Assembly: GCA_051362555.1 (NCBI GenBank)
Contig: CM120644.1
Location: 8,874,954-8,938,953, forward strand
Direction of reading: 5' to 3'
DNA: 64,000 nt
Source: Lingula anatina
Lineage: Eukaryota; Animalia; Brachiopoda
The number at the start of each line of letters is the position of its first letter. The first letter of the stretch is position 1. Made by a program: the position numbers and the translations under genes. The notes beneath the pieces were generated by a model. It searched no databases and was not told the origin of the DNA. It saw only the letters and a list, made by a program, of their open reading frames with translations. Positions 14,717-29,459 of this stretch are shown here, piece after piece.

Positions 14717-14826
14717 CTATAAAGTCACAATTGTAACGTTGACGGTGCTGTTAGCTATACTGCTGAAGTTTGCAGCCAGGGTACCATTGAGACACACGTT
14801 ACTGACATCCACTGGAGTCAGAAAGC
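14717..14826 (-). CDS. SLC28A3: SLC28 last coding exon
   Basis: Acceptor tttcttttcAG; [36 protein letters not shown]; phase fits exon 11. Confidence 0.8.
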
Positions 14827-17800
14827 CTGAAAAGAAACAGAAAAGGTAGTCAGAAAGTGATAATCCCTGTCTTTTCTGCTTTTGAAAAAGTTATATAAGT
14901 GGTAAATATCAATAAAATAAAATATCGATTGACTTGGCTCATGGAATATCTTGTAATACTTGTAAAAGTGAAAATATCCGTTTTGCTCCAACACTGCATG
15001 TTATACAAAAATGCCAATCTTTAAATATTTTGTTGAAAAAAATCTGTTTTCTCATTAAAAGAAAGATAAAAAACATCAAAAATCAAAGATGTAGCATAAA
15101 TAAAGTAAACATATTTAAGAAAAAGCCTCATCTGTTATACTGACTTGACATTTATTGGTACATTTATTACGTATATATGTCCTTAAAGTACACAATGGTT
15201 AAATGAAAGAAAGAAAGAAAACAACAACTGAAGCTTTCAGACTTGGCTGAGACTGATATCTGATAATGCAATGTCACCTAAGAAATAATGGAGCTGGTAA
15301 AAAATAGCAAAAAAAAAAAAAAAAAATCTTAACCTTTTTTTCTATTCTTTTGTAGATATGTCCCCACTTAAATTAAGTGACTGAGGGGTGTACATAGTGA
15401 TGGTACCAGTTTGGCTTTTTCTGACAAGTTTATATCAAAAGTGCCGCAATTTTCCCCTCGAGGCTGGGTTAAATAACAGAAGTGGCAACACAGTTCAACA
15501 AAGTGGGTATAACTGGATTACACAATATTTCGAAATAACTCCAATTCCCAGTCAGCCATGTGTGTTTACAACTTACTTATAAGCTACCACTTTACTTAAT
15601 TGTATATTGTGTTCAAATCTCCACTGGGCAAACAGGCAATACACTCAACCACAACTGCATCATAGCATACTTCCAATTAAGTTTCTTGTCTATAAATCTG
15701 TCCAAACAGACACAGTATCAGAACGTTTTTTTCCACAAAATTCCTTATATATCAGGTCACAGACCATTTGTTGTCATCAGACTAACTGCTGATAACTTGT
15801 GCAGATGTGACCTAGTGCTGGGCTGGCAACTTGTCTACAAACTTGCTGATCTAATGAGGTCAGACACTGCAAACCAGGGAACTGTTTCATTGTATGTCTA
15901 AACAGATCCAAGTGAATTTCATCAGGAAAATTGCCACCTATTGAAAATCATGTCATACGCTTATTAGACATCCATTTTGTTTGCTCAGCACATCCCCTTT
16001 GAAGAGCTGTCAGCCACTTTCCATCAACTTAATGTTCTTTACACTCTGATTCCCCTATTAATTCCACTTTCTTTTTAATATCCCTGCTACTCAATATCTA
16101 TAAAGACAGTTATCTTTCTTCTCCAACAGTTAGTAAACTAACTGCTGACAGCCAAAGCAGACTTGAATATTGAAATAGAGGTTCATTCAAGGTTTTAAAG
16201 CAATGACATATGTTTTTTTTTATTTATTCATGATATTGACACCCAAATCCAAGTAAATCTACATGCTAGTAAGATAGGAAGAATGCCTGAAACAATGGAA
16301 ATCAGGACTGAAACTGACTAGAATATGCATACATTTTTAGAATTGATGTTTGGAATCTCACAAATCAAAGAGCCCATACAAATGAAAGTAACAGCAAAAC
16401 ACCATCACTGGCAACTATCTGACTAGAATATATAGCAACATCTGGTTTTTACACACATTTCAACTCACTTATCCAATTTATCTTTTCATTTTTCAATTTT
16501 TAATTAATTATATCAGAAAAATACATATTTGACAAGAATCAAATAATAATAATTATTATTCAAATAATCATCTAAAAACTATTGTCACAGATGAAAAAAT
16601 ATTAGAGTTAATTCTGAAAGAAACTGCTCCCAGTAAGCATAACATAAATTTAAATGTGCACTAATTATGAGAAAAGTTGTGAAGCAGCTTTAATGATGGC
16701 AACAGGTGACTTTTTCTCTCAGTTAACAGCTCAGAGAAAGGCTACTCAACTTATGCTGTTCTCCTCTCCTCTAAGTGTGTTTGTTGTGATACTAGGTGAC
16801 TCCCCATATACACATGAACATAAGATATTACATAATATTACCAGCAAATCCTCCAGATGTAAAATGTGTTTGGTGTGACAGAGGCTCAACCAGCGCAATC
16901 ACTAGCAAGACAAACAATCACAAGAACAAAAACCAAAAGCAATAATGATCTGATAGTAAAATTTGTTAGGTGTACTCAGAGAGCTCAACCAGCACAATCA
17001 CTCACCAGCTATACAAGCAGTCATCAGAGTGGCCACTGTTCCAGCAATCAGCGCTCTCACAGCTATCTTGGCCAGGTCCCCTTTCCTAGAGGGCGCCATG
17101 GGGCCTATCCCGCCCAGCTGTATACCAATGGAGCTGAGGTTAGCAAACCCACAGAGAGCATATGTGGCAATGACTTCTGAACGTACCTGAAATAAGGGGT
17201 AGTATTATTAATACTGATTTAATCGCGCTACTGAAAGAAAATACCTAGGTAATTGTAAAATAGCAGGAGAGAGAGAGGTAACAAGGACAATGTTGCCAGT
17301 CAACCAATTTCAGCTACTTGAGATAACAAGTTTACTTATAACATGCTAGTGTTGCAGATAAATGCTTGCCATAGCACACAAATGACTTTAAAATACTTAC
17401 AGAAATTTGAGGGAATGTACAGTTCTCTCTGTTGTGGATGTACTTGCTGAGTTCTTCATAGGCAACAAACTCATTTAGGAAGATCTTAATGCCCAGAAGT
17501 TCAGCAACAAAGGAGCAATCTTCCCAGTCCACTCCCATCATGAATGCCACAGGCATGAACAGGTAGGAACAGATCATCTGGGGAAAGAAAAAGTAGATTT
17601 TATTTCTTACTTCAAAACAATCAGGTAATCATTACCCCCCTCAGTTTCATTTCAGTTGAATGTGATCTTGTTCTACAAATAATTGGCTCTCAATAAATGT
17701 GGCTGACAAGCAAATTTTCTTTAGAGATTTAGATGCAAGATTTTAAAAGGTATGCAGCCACAGATTTTTATGAAATGGAGCTTAGTATAATTATTTTTAA

Positions 17801-20800
17801 TAAAATACTTAGATCATTTTTTTGTAAGATCTATTTTAGACCTAAGTCCTTTTGTGAATGGGCCCCTTGTATGCTAACCTGGAAGCTGAACTCCGGATAT
17901 CCCACCATGCCTCCAAACCATGACAATGTGGCGTTGATGAAGGCCAACATGGCGAGGAAAGCGATGAGATTGGCTGCAATGTTGGCCACCAGCATGATAG
18001 ACTGAGATGCCCCTGCTGCTGCTGCTTCTATTAGGTTTCTCTCAGTTCTGAAAACAACAAATAAATTGAAAAAAAAATTAATGGAATGAAAAAATTGAAT
18101 TAACTACACCCCTTTATGATTTTAAGTGAAATCAAATTTCTAATTGCATATTGATGAAAGCATGAATAAAAACCATATCTGTGAATGAAAATTGATGAAT
18201 GAATTAAAAAAACCAAGGTAAAAATGGTCAAGACATCTGCACACACTCTTACAAAGCAGTTTCTACAAAGTTAAAAAAGATTATATAAAAAATCAACTTA
18301 ATTACACCAAAAAACCATCACCCATAATATGTCTTACCCTTTCTCCATTACTATCTGATCAAATTTCTTGGTTTTGGACTCCTCAGTCTCTGGATAGAAG
18401 AGTTTGGAGACAGCAAGCGCCACTGGGGCATTCATTACAGAGGCACACAGCAGGTGTTCAGCTGGGACCTGGGAGACAGTGATATATTACATTATTATTA
18501 TTATATGTTGCTTTGATTGTGCTAACTGATCTGTCTTGTCACACCTAACACATTTTACTGATTGAATTCATATTGCTTGTAATTTGGCAATGTGATTCTA
18601 CAAATGGTGTGTATATGTTATTTGTAATTTGGAATCACAAATAATACACTTAATTGTGGCCGAGAAGGGTAACGTCACCTACTGAATAAAATAAAAATAT
18701 TTCACAAATGAATAAGATAATTCTGATTGCTTGAAGTACATATATGATACTGGTCAATGGTAATTATAATTATCTCAGTATGTCCATTTATTCACACACA
18801 CACACACTTCCTTACCCCAAACAGTATATAAGCAGCTAGCACTCCCCCAGCAATGGTGGCAAATCCTCCCGTCATGACAGCATGAAGCTCAGACTTAGTC
18901 ATGGACTCCAGGAAGGGACGGATTAGAATAGGGGCCTCAGTCTGTAAAAATAAATTAAAACTAGGATTAAAATTGGCACCATTGTCTGCAATGAGATTTA
19001 AAGAATCCACCTAAAAAGAAATGAAAATTCAAAACTGACTAGAATTGTGGCCTCCACCTGCAAGACAATACATTTAAAAGCAAAATTTCATTTGTGATCT
19101 AAATACAATTATTCTGAAATGCAATTTCAAACATCTACTATACTTCTGTTTTACAATTTTAATTATGTTTTATTTTTTAATTCTGTTTTACAATTTTAAT
19201 CATTTAAAAATGTTCTCCAATTTCTCCAAATCTTTTTCATACACAAATTTCCAATCAAATATCAGATTTTACTTGTTTCTGTCAATAAATATTTCTTCAA
19301 GTATAAACTTCAAATACAATTATACACAAAAGCTTTCATTCCTCATCCATAAGATATAAATATCAAGATAATCACCGTACCTGCCCAACAAATATATTCC
19401 CAGCACAACTTAGCGACTCCGTGGCTGCAGTTGCCATGGTAACCTGCATCACCCAGGCGATCTTCCCAATGATAAACTGCATGGCGCCCACATGGTACAG
19501 TGCTGATATGGCACAACTGAAGAACACAATCACTGGAAGGACCTGGAAATGTCACAATACATTATGAAGTTGGTCTGTGCCAAAAACCTTTAACTGTACT
19601 GGCCCTGTGGGACAACAGTATCTGAATCTTCCTGCCCAAAGCAGAAACAGTGCCCAGTAACAGAACAAAATTATATGTTATGAGGCTTATGTTGCACAGC
19701 TACAATCTTTCTGACATTTGGTGTGAAGACAGTGTAAACATCTCACTTTTATAAAAACTGAGAAAGTTGAGCAACAGAAGATGAGAAGTGCATTTCAGAA
19801 TGAGCATTGAATTGAAAAAGACTTCATTTTGTTGAAGTATAAAACCATCAATATAATCAGTGAATTCAAAATAGTATATTAAAAGATATGTAGCATAAAG
19901 TATGGTATCTGAGATATCTCAACTCTTTACTTTGACAAACAAAAGTAAATGTTTTACAATTTTAATCTTAAAAGTTTAAGGAGAACATTATCAAATTAAT
20001 ACAAAAACATCTTAAGAGCCATGTTTGTACAATATACTAGTGTTTAAGTTACTGTATTAAAATAAAGCAGCAGAAATCTATTTAAAAAATCTGAAGAAAT
20101 TTTTCCAACTTTTTATTTTACCTTGAAAGCAAAGAAGTGATTCTCGTAAAGCTTTCCAAAGACAAACTCAGAGCCGTAATCTGTGTATTTCAGAAACTGG
20201 TTGATTTCTTTCCCGAGGAATCTGAAGGCATCATAACCCCACGTGGTCCGCAGGATGAGAATACCAAACAGGAACTGGAGGGCAAATCCCCACACCACTG
20301 GACGCAGGTCAACCTAGAGTGACCATAGGGAAATAATGTACCATATTAGTAATATGAAGTTACTTAATTTTGTAATTACCCAAATTAGGTCATGCAAGAC
20401 AAGCCAATATGTGACATCGTATTTTTACTTGTTGGAAAGGTGGATAGGTTGCCGAGTGGATGGAGAGTGGGGGTTGCAGATGAGGAGTGGGGGGGGGGGG
20501 GGATGTGTGTGGGTGGAGGTCATTTTTTTTACATGCACCATTTTATGAAATATATCATTTATCATATTCAATCAACACCATTCCTTTTAAGATATAGTTT
20601 AAACCATCTGTGATTAATATAATTGAAAATATAGTTTAAATTATATCAATCAAGTCACTTCAATTTCCCTATATCTTTTTAACTGTTAATGTGTTGTGTT
20701 TAATCTATGGATGAATTTTAGATATTAATAATTACACATGAATTTCCATCAAAACTATGAATATTATCATTCTTACAATCAATATTACAGAAATATACAC

Positions 20801-22770
20801 CAAGACTTGTATAAATAAAATTTACCTTTGATGGATGTTTTGAAAATACAAACATCAGGAGCACAAACAGAGCCAAACCTCCCAGTGATATGAACTGTTT
20901 TGGAGCAGGTTTAATGTCTACTATGACAAATGTAATGAAACATGCCAACAAGACAGCAGCTGAAACCCTGTAATTTAGAAAATTATTATTTAGCAAATTT
21001 TGTTAAAGAGTAAAGAATTCTGAGACAAGCTGCTGCTCTCTGGTTGTAATAACGACTAAGACATTGTTACATAAAAAGCCAGCAGTTTAATGCACGGTTC
21101 TGGCTAAAGGGTTCCAAATTCATATTTCTCCAGTTTAATTTATTAAAATTACCTAGTCTTATGACACTTTATATTATAAATGGCTCAATATATTCACTGA
21201 CAATTTTATGCACTTTTCAAAAGAAAATAACCGTATCAAGTGTCTACCAGTAAAGTTGGCATTTAAAAAAAAAAACCTGAACAAAATTTATCTTACCATT
21301 TTAAAACTCTCCTGTTTGAATTGCCAAACTTCTGCACTGGCTTAAAAATACGTGTATTCATCCATCCACCAATCTGTTTCTTTATCAGTGCATAAGCTAC
21401 ACTGATCACCACCAGTAATGTGATTACGAATAATGCTGTTGCCCGTTCAAAGTCTAGGACCAAGGCCCAGACAAAATAGATGGCGTATCCAATCAAGAGG
21501 AGTACCAGGGCAATCTGGAAAAAGGAATTGTTAATTGTCATTTAATATGTCAGATTTTCAAAGAACAGGATCAATTTCTTCTTTATTAATTCTTATCATT
21601 TTCAATGTCCAAACTGAATATATATTATTACTATATTACTATATAAAAAAGGCAAAATGGCATCTTATTATAAATGATTTGCATTTCTATGTAATCTATT
21701 TGATGTTGTTTCATTCATAAAAATATTCAAAAATATTTCTTACTATTTTCAATGTTCTCTTGTGCTCTTCCAAGAAAGTATCTACCGCCCCCTGTACGGC
21801 CTCCAGACGAGCACAATTACTGATGACATCATCAGATTCTGCAGAGCCACTGTCATCACTGTCAAAGCCACCTTTCACTGGACCTGAGTACAAAATGAAA
21901 CGGAGAGTTTTAAGACGAATCCCACATTTTTTTATCATAAACATAACAGGCACATGCATCGTATACTGCTCAGGTGAATAAACCTGTACCCTACACTGTG
22001 ATGCTACTATTTTAGGATTACAATCACTGACTAGAATGACAAAACTGGTCCGCTTAGCTGTTCTGTAAAAAAATCTTATGTCAAAAACCAGCCTTGGCTG
22101 ACTCTGCTGTAACTCAAAGTTGCACTTCAAAATGGACCAAAGTGGCAATAACCTCTTTTTTAATTCGTCCTCTTTTTTAAGTAATAAAAATAAGCTTTTT
22201 AACTATGGACCAAAGTGGCAATAACCTCTTTTTTAATTCATCCTCTTTTTTAAGTAATAAAAATAAGCTTTTTAACTAAATTCTTTATTATTGTCTATCA
22301 AAGAGCTTAACAATTATGAAAATAGCCAGTTAAGCCTTAATATTCTTACCAGTACGTATACCTTATAATAAGAGAATTTTACTGGGTTACTCTTGTGAAC
22401 ATTGGATGCTGTTAGAATAACTCCAAATCCTCTATGAACACAAATAGCTTCCCAACTTTAAAAGTAATATACACCTGTACAATAGCTAGGCAAAGTAGAT
22501 GTATTGAAATGCATTTTGGGAGACAAGACTGAACCTGGGACTGAGCCAACCACTGACCACAAGTAACTCACCATTGTCTATGACCACCTTGAGCTCATCG
22601 TTTGAGCCGTCCAGAGAGGACACCACTGTGGCTTTCGAGCCCAGGTAGCCCTCACTCGCGTAGCCCTCAGGTATATTGACGCTGACGTCAGACTTCATCA
22701 AAGGCTGCATACTGGCCTGGGATGGCACATCGACTAGTGGCTTCTTGCTGTTTGGTGACTCGGAGGGCAT
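14717..22770 (-). CDS. SLC28A3: Solute carrier family 28 (concentrative Na+/nucleoside cotransporter, CNT3-like), 12 coding exons, 648 aa
   Basis: Exons (minus) 22770-22572, 21883-21744, 21514-21297, 20967-20826, 20313-20122, 19542-19381, 18941-18816, 18468-18338, 18047-17879, 17577-17401, 17186-17006, 14826-14717. All have GT-AG boundaries and matching phases, summing to 1947 nt. CNT hallmark motifs: [86 protein letters not shown]. Confidence 0.95.
17006..17186 (-). CDS. SLC28A3: SLC28 coding exon 11
   Basis: [25 protein letters not shown]...MTACIAG. Confidence 0.95.
17401..17577 (-). CDS. SLC28A3: SLC28 coding exon 10
   Basis: [15 protein letters not shown]...[14 protein letters not shown]. 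Confidence 0.95.
17879..18047 (-). CDS. SLC28A3: SLC28 coding exon 9
   Basis: [31 protein letters not shown]...YPEFSFQ. Confidence 0.95.
18338..18468 (-). CDS. SLC28A3: SLC28 coding exon 8
   Basis: [29 protein letters not shown]. Confidence 0.95.
18816..18941 (-). CDS. SLC28A3: SLC28 coding exon 7
   Basis: [11 protein letters not shown]...[25 protein letters not shown]. Confidence 0.95.
19381..19542 (-). CDS. SLC28A3: SLC28 coding exon 6
   Basis: VLPVIVFFS...[13 protein letters not shown]. Confidence 0.95.
20122..20313 (-). CDS. SLC28A3: SLC28 coding exon 5
   Basis: [23 protein letters not shown]...GSEFVFG...FFAFK. Confidence 0.95.
20826..20967 (-). CDS. SLC28A3: SLC28 coding exon 4
   Basis: VSAAVLL...[21 protein letters not shown]. 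Confidence 0.9.
21297..21514 (-). CDS. SLC28A3: SLC28 coding exon 3
   Basis: [14 protein letters not shown]...[13 protein letters not shown]-terminal TM helices. Confidence 0.9.
21744..21883 (-). CDS. SLC28A3: SLC28 coding exon 2
   Basis: [11 protein letters not shown]...RTLKI; acceptor tactcAG, donor GTaaga. Confidence 0.85.
22133..22277. repeat. ~73-bp tandem duplication in SLC28 intron
   Basis: tggaccaaagtggcaataacctcttttttaattc...agctttttaacta occurs twice. Confidence 0.85.
22572..22770 (-). CDS. SLC28A3: SLC28 coding exon 1 (exon acceptor at 22816, ATG 22770)
   Basis: [10 protein letters not shown]...VVIDN; donor GTgagt; phase 1. Confidence 0.8.
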
Positions 22771-25700
22771 GATGGACTGGTGTTGTTGTAGTAAGTTACT
22801 TACTGCAATGGGGATACTGGGAAGAAAAAAGACTTATTTTATTGTTAGTCTGAGATGTGAATTTCATGTAAAATTAGAAAAAATCCCCAATATCTCATTT
22901 TTTTTCCAAGAGAGAAAGGGAGAGAACAATATTTTTGACATCTAGTTCCACCCTGACTTTGGCAGGAAGATTACAAAATATTTATGAAAGCCACACCAAA
23001 TAATAAAATTGTAACATTTTTTATCTCAAATTCTATTCTATAAGTGAAAAAATCTGCTATCTGACAAAATTAGAACAGGTACTAACTGCAGCCAATTGTA
23101 ATGCTCAGATATTGTAATCAATCACACTGTAAACAGATATGAGATGAATGTTGAGAAAACCCTCACCTTCTTTTTAAACTACTTACCAACCTACATTTCA
23201 GACACCAGATTTATTGACAAAAAAAAAAAAAAAAAAAAAAAGTAAGGACCTCTTAGCTCTACATTAATTTAGTGAAATGTTATTTTTTTTAATCCTCTTA
23301 ACCTTACACTAGTCATAAATAGTAGGGTATCTTTACAACTGTGGCGGACACTTGGCACATTCAGTATTAAAATGACCACAACCCCTTATCCAATAACTTC
23401 CCACGTCAAAAGGCTTAATGGAACCCTACGTGCTTCACAATCCCTGGAAAAGGCCGCCAGCACATTAAGCTTTTTTTTTTTTTTTTTGCTCCAGTGAATT
23501 CATCTATCAGGCTTTGAAAGGATTTCAATCAGTATGAATTTCTATTGAATCAATAGCGCAAAGCCTAACCTGATGCTGTTTATCATTGCTTTTTGGCTGA
23601 TCAAAGCAAGCTGCGTCTTAAAATGCTTTTATGATCAATCACTGTTTTCCTGGAAAACTTTATTATGAGTTCACTCATTTTTAGGGATTCACTTCTGAGG
23701 GCAATGGCTTTTTTTTTTTTTTTTTTTTTGTTTTTTTGTTCTACATATTGGATTTATCAAAACCTTTGGAACACATACAAAATACTAAGAGGGGAAATAA
23801 TAAAATCGATATTTAAAAAACTAAAATTTCAGGAGTGTTCTAATCTCTATCATTTGCTCATCTTCTCCAACATGAAACAGATTTTTTATCATCAATCTCA
23901 TTCTAAGTTAACTCTAGGATACTTTTTTTTTCAGTCAAATGGTTTATTTCAGCAAAATTATACAATTGAGAGCAGTATTATCTTGTGCCATTTACAAGCT
24001 CTTTAGGCTACAAACTTTTTCAAACAATGAACAAAATCAGTCTTCAATTTGGTGAAAAATAGTGAAACTACAGCATTTTATCTCTTCATACTGAAAAAAT
24101 GAAAACACTACTAGAAATTGTCTCTTCTATCTTGAGCTTATTGCCAAAAATAGCTGATGTTAAAATTACTGTTTAGCAACATTTACTTATAATGAAATTC
24201 AAAAGAAACATTTCATAATACAGAAACATGAAAACATATAATCAGTGCAATGATACTACATTATTAATCATGTTGACTTCTTTTTGCCAAAACATCATTT
24301 TTAATCAATAAATTTTGTATTAGTCACACAATTTCTCTATTTATAGCTCCTGACTCACAAATGGTGGATTACGAACCAGTACACAACAGGTGTCAATTGA
24401 TGGAATAATCAATAAGAATGGTATTGGTACATGTATTATTTCATTCAATCAATATCAAACATTTTCTTACTCAGCCTGTGAATAACCAAACTATATATTC
24501 AGTTGTATACTTTTACTGAGGCTATCAAAATTTACCTAGTATTTGTTGATGCAACTGACCAACTGACTGATGTGACAAATCAAATCATTTATCACTGTCC
24601 ATGACATTTCATTAAAATACCAGTAATAAATAGTGACTGGACACAGCAGATGTTCTTGAACTGGTCACTCACTGGATACCTTAACTGGACTTTACTGACC
24701 GATCAAGGACTGACCAATCAAAGACATATTTGTAGAAATTATACTTTAATCATTCACATGGGTCACTTTTAGAGCACTTTTCTACTCCAAATGTCTGCTT
24801 ATGGTTAGCTCACCATAGGCCAGTCTAATCCTAATATTGTCCCGCACACCTGGGTGGGAACACACCTGACACAAGCTGTATTATAACATGTGCATACTGA
24901 ACTGCAGTCTGCAGTCCACCCAAATTCTCTTACTTAAATCTATTCCTTTATTCATTTGTTTTTTAACTCCCACTACTTAACACAGACAGGTTGGAAGAAG
25001 AAGGGATTTGATAGTGGAGGGGGAAGGACTGAAAGAACCACCCCTTTGGCCTGTAAAATGTGACTGTATATTCTTAATTTTGAATCAGAATTGATCTAGC
25101 AATGTGTACTAAATGCCATGTCCAAAAAAAGATCCACTACTTCACAGAACTACCTACTCCCCTTTGAAATTCCTGTTCAAAGGCCTGCAGGTTACCATAC
25201 TACATACTACGCAAATGATTGCACTGTTGTGATAAACAAACCACATGATCATGATGAGATTCAGATGTCATTTCCTAGAATAATAACCTGTTTACAAACA
25301 AACATCAAGTTTGACCCCGATCTGATCCTACTTTCTCAAACTGATGTATTGTGGACAGAATATCAGAATACTGTGTTGACTCAAGGACTTAGGTTGACTT
25401 AGGAATTAATGGACAATTATTCTGATCAATAAGCATCAGCAAAAAAAAAAAATTGAAGCAGAGGCGTCAACTCTACATGCAACTTACACACATTCTACAT
25501 ATTACTTAGTATAGACTACCATTATTTGCAGGCATTATTCTATTTTTAATAAATACTGTGGGAGGCATTCACCCCCTCCCCCCCTCCTAATCCCCTCACA
25601 CCACATAGCAGGTTTCGCACCTGTAGTATCGCTTTGCTGGGATAAAAAAAAAAAAAATAATAATAATAATAAAAAATAGAACTATGAGACTCCCATTTAT

Positions 25701-26477
25701 AAAATCCTGACTTACAACCTGCCTAGATCAAAGAATCTCTATCATGCCATTACAAAATAGCCCTTGGTATCCGTTTTTCAGCAGTGTAAACAAACAAACA
25801 CCATCCTTTGTGTGCCTATCCTGCCTATTCTCCCTCTGATTATATAATAAGACTGATAGGTGAAATCAAATCCTGACCACTGTCCAAAACAACTGACCAT
25901 ATCAAATGAGATCCATCTCTATCACACCTGCATTTGTTTCTTCTTCTTTGTTTTTTTTTTTTTTTTTTTTTTTTAGAAAAAAATCTCAGTAAAATATCCC
26001 AAATATGTACATAGTAAACGATATAATGTACTACAATGATATAGAAATATTAAGAAAAATCTAAGTAAAATATCCTGAATATGTAGACTGTATAGGGTAT
26101 AATAATATAACACTTCTGGTGGAAATGAACAAAAGGAAATTGAAAAAAAAAATGAAATAAAAAATAACAAAGTCAAACAGGTACTTTGTCCTCAGATTAA
26201 TGCAGTTTACATCATGACAAGCTTACTTCCTATAAATGAAAAATCGATTCTTCTTTGCAACCATACAGAATCAATGATAGAACAGACATCTACATTTATA
26301 ATATAAAGATGGGAAAATGCGAAAAAAAAAAAAAAAAAAAAAAGGAAATTACCTAAGTGTCATTTGTCTGAATTTGAGTACAGGGTTAAAACATCTGTGT
26401 CATAACACGTGTTTCAGCATATACACCAGTTTGTATTCCCACCTGAAGCTGTGCTGTTTGACAATCTAATTCATACC

Positions 26478-26480
<3 letters not shown>

Positions 26481-26538
<58 letters not shown>
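26481..26538. repeat. (TA)n microsatellite
   Basis: Direct reading. Confidence 0.95.
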
Positions 26539-26541
<3 letters not shown>

Positions 26542-29459
26542 TTCTACTCTCAATATATATTCCACAACATCTGTCATCAGACAGAAAGTCTTCCACTTTT
26601 TTTCATATAATCGTGGTACTTTTAAACAGTTATACCATATTAGAAAATGTTCATTTATTGTATTATTTGTAGCAAATTATACTAAGAGTAAATACTAGTA
26701 CTGTGCAGGACAATTCTCTAAATTATCGAATTGAGGAATCCCATTCTGAGCAATAAAACAAATTATCTACCCCAGATTGTAGGAAAGGGCAAATAAAATA
26801 TGGAAATGAAAGGAATGCCATCAAAACAACCCATGTGTTTTCTCATAACATCTTCACTCTGTCTCGTCTTAACGACTGACTGTAGTGTACAGATGTCTTA
26901 CTGGATTATGAAGCTACTGTGTAAATTCAGATTTGACTTATATATACCAGATTTCTGATATCTAAATGAGAGTTCTTAGTAAATAAATGGTACTCGCAAC
27001 ACTAATTACAAAGATACATTTAAAAATACTTAAATTACTTATCAAAGCACTATCACAACTTTTTTGCTGTCATTATTTTAATGAAATAACTCATTTCTCC
27101 CGCCAAACAGCTTAACCAAAATCTGTGCAGTGATTGACATTTAAGACCTTACCTCAAGTTCCCTTTTATCGACTACCGTACATACAGTGCACCTAAGGGC
27201 CTTTTTTCCAGAGGTTCACCAAGGTCGTAAAAAACAGAGCAATATGATGGGAAGACTAATGTAGACTATCAAGTTGCCCCTGTGCAAGTGTAAGCATCAA
27301 TATCACTGGCTCACACTCGCAGTACTTAATAATTAAAATAAGATTATTGCATCATGTATGTGTATAAAGTGTGTATCATTTGTTAATGTCAAACCAGAAT
27401 AACCCAGAAGAGTGAAACATAATATGGCTTGATCGATCAAAAATAATTACTGGTACAAAGCGGACAGTAAATTTATATATAAAGAGAAAATTTGTGTAAT
27501 TTCATCACTGTCACATGCAATTAGAAAGTAATTATTTTTCATGTAGCCTGATATTTTACATTTTCATTTCAGATCTAGGTGATCAGATGAAGGGGGGGGG
27601 GGGGCACTGCAATTATTGACAATATCTCTCATTTAACAAGCTAATAAATTAAGTATGTATTTTAGTGCTGTGGGGTCTAATTCTTAAAAAATCTTCATTA
27701 TTTTAGAATCAAAATCGTTAACAGGTCAATAAAATCAACTATTTCAATACTGGGTAGTATTGGGATTACAGAGCACATGCTGACAGCCATTTTAATTAGA
27801 ATATTATACTATACACATGGGACATGACAAAAGATATTTATTTTATGCTCTACAAAGATGTGAATATTTTGAGCTTTTAAGATCACTAACCATGACTTAA
27901 AAAATGCTTGATACATTTTCAACATTCATAATTCTTGAAAGATGTTTGAAATGTCTATAGTCTGTCACTGATTCAGCAAACAGCACATTTTGGACAGTAC
28001 AACACATCTGCTGTATGGCCTAAAGTATGGAAAAATGATATCCATTGTTTATGGAACATCCAATGTATGGAAAGAAATCTACTAAAAGTATATAAAAAGG
28101 AAATCTACAACGGAAATGTACAGCTGAAATCAGAACCAGCGATTCCTTTTCCTCAAGTACAACACACACATATAGAGTGGAATAATACTAAGATCCATAC
28201 TGTAATATTGATTTCTAGCCATGTGGTACAGACCAGCATATAAATTACTCATCCACGTGGATCACTGTGTGCACAGCACGAATTCTAAGCCCATCAAATC
28301 CACATTACCAGCTAATTAAAGAAAAACACCATTTCTAGGCCAAACATAATGGGAGATATTTATCCTTACCTGTTCAAGGTGAAGTAACTGTACGTTTTAA
28401 GAAATACGTAGTTATTAACACAGACTGAATGGGAGTTAACCTTCACTCATGATTCCTAGAGACATGACCCAATATTCTCAGTAAATCACACAAACGCTGC
28501 CACAAAATCAAATTCAGGCTCACAAATTTGAACATCATTCTATTCCTACCTGTCTGAGACCAAATCCAGGTACGGTTCCAGTTATAAAATGGGTAGACTG
28601 GAGAAGCAATTCACCATGTGGATAACCTTCACTTGTGATACTCCTCGACCATGTGTTGTGGGAGAATGAATGAAATCAACATCTCTGATGTCACAATGAT
28701 GTCAGCAGATCTGACCAATCAGAGAGCACCTGTGTAGTAATCGCCCACACAAATATGGTCCTACTGATCCCTAGCTTGCTAAATACAACAACATATGGGA
28801 GTACTTGGATACAAACCACACCTTTAAAGGGGTTTTTGCTTTTTATTTGATTGTTGTAATAAAAAGGGCCTGTTGTTTATTGCAAAACCTCACCTGAGTT
28901 AACAGATTAGAATGCTTTTCCCTTTTATCTTCATACTGTTTGACATGATGTGGGAATTTTACAAATATATACACTATATGGGATATAGCTGCATTCTTAT
29001 ACCAAAACTGAATTATTTGTTTCATTTATTTATTTTTGTGCGATCCATCTTGATAAATAATCTATAATATACAACACTTTCAGATATGTAGCATTGCATT
29101 TTCTTTCCTTGTTGTTTATTTAATATTTTTCTAGATGTAATATTTGGGATCTTTTATTCCATTTGAAAATCCTCCAAATTCCTTTTACTAGAACTAGTTT
29201 TCTTATTTTGCTTTGAGCCATCTGAAGCACCTCCATTAAAAATCTTTAATAAGGTGCTATGAAGTCATACCTTAAAATGTACAGCATATGGCATCATATT
29301 TTTTGTAAATCTTATTTGGAATTTTTACAGAAGATAACATCAAGCATGCACACTTAAAATCATCTTTAAAAAAAAACCTTCTTTCAGCCAACTGGATACT
29401 ATATCTGATATCTTTTTCTCCCCCTTAAAGCTAGCTGTGACAATATTTCAACACGGAGA

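Noticed and set aside
16879-17003. Duplicate of the sequence following the SLC28 exon-11 donor as an alternative splice site
   Set aside because: The ~25-bp copy at ~16880-16903 lacks the GT donor itself.
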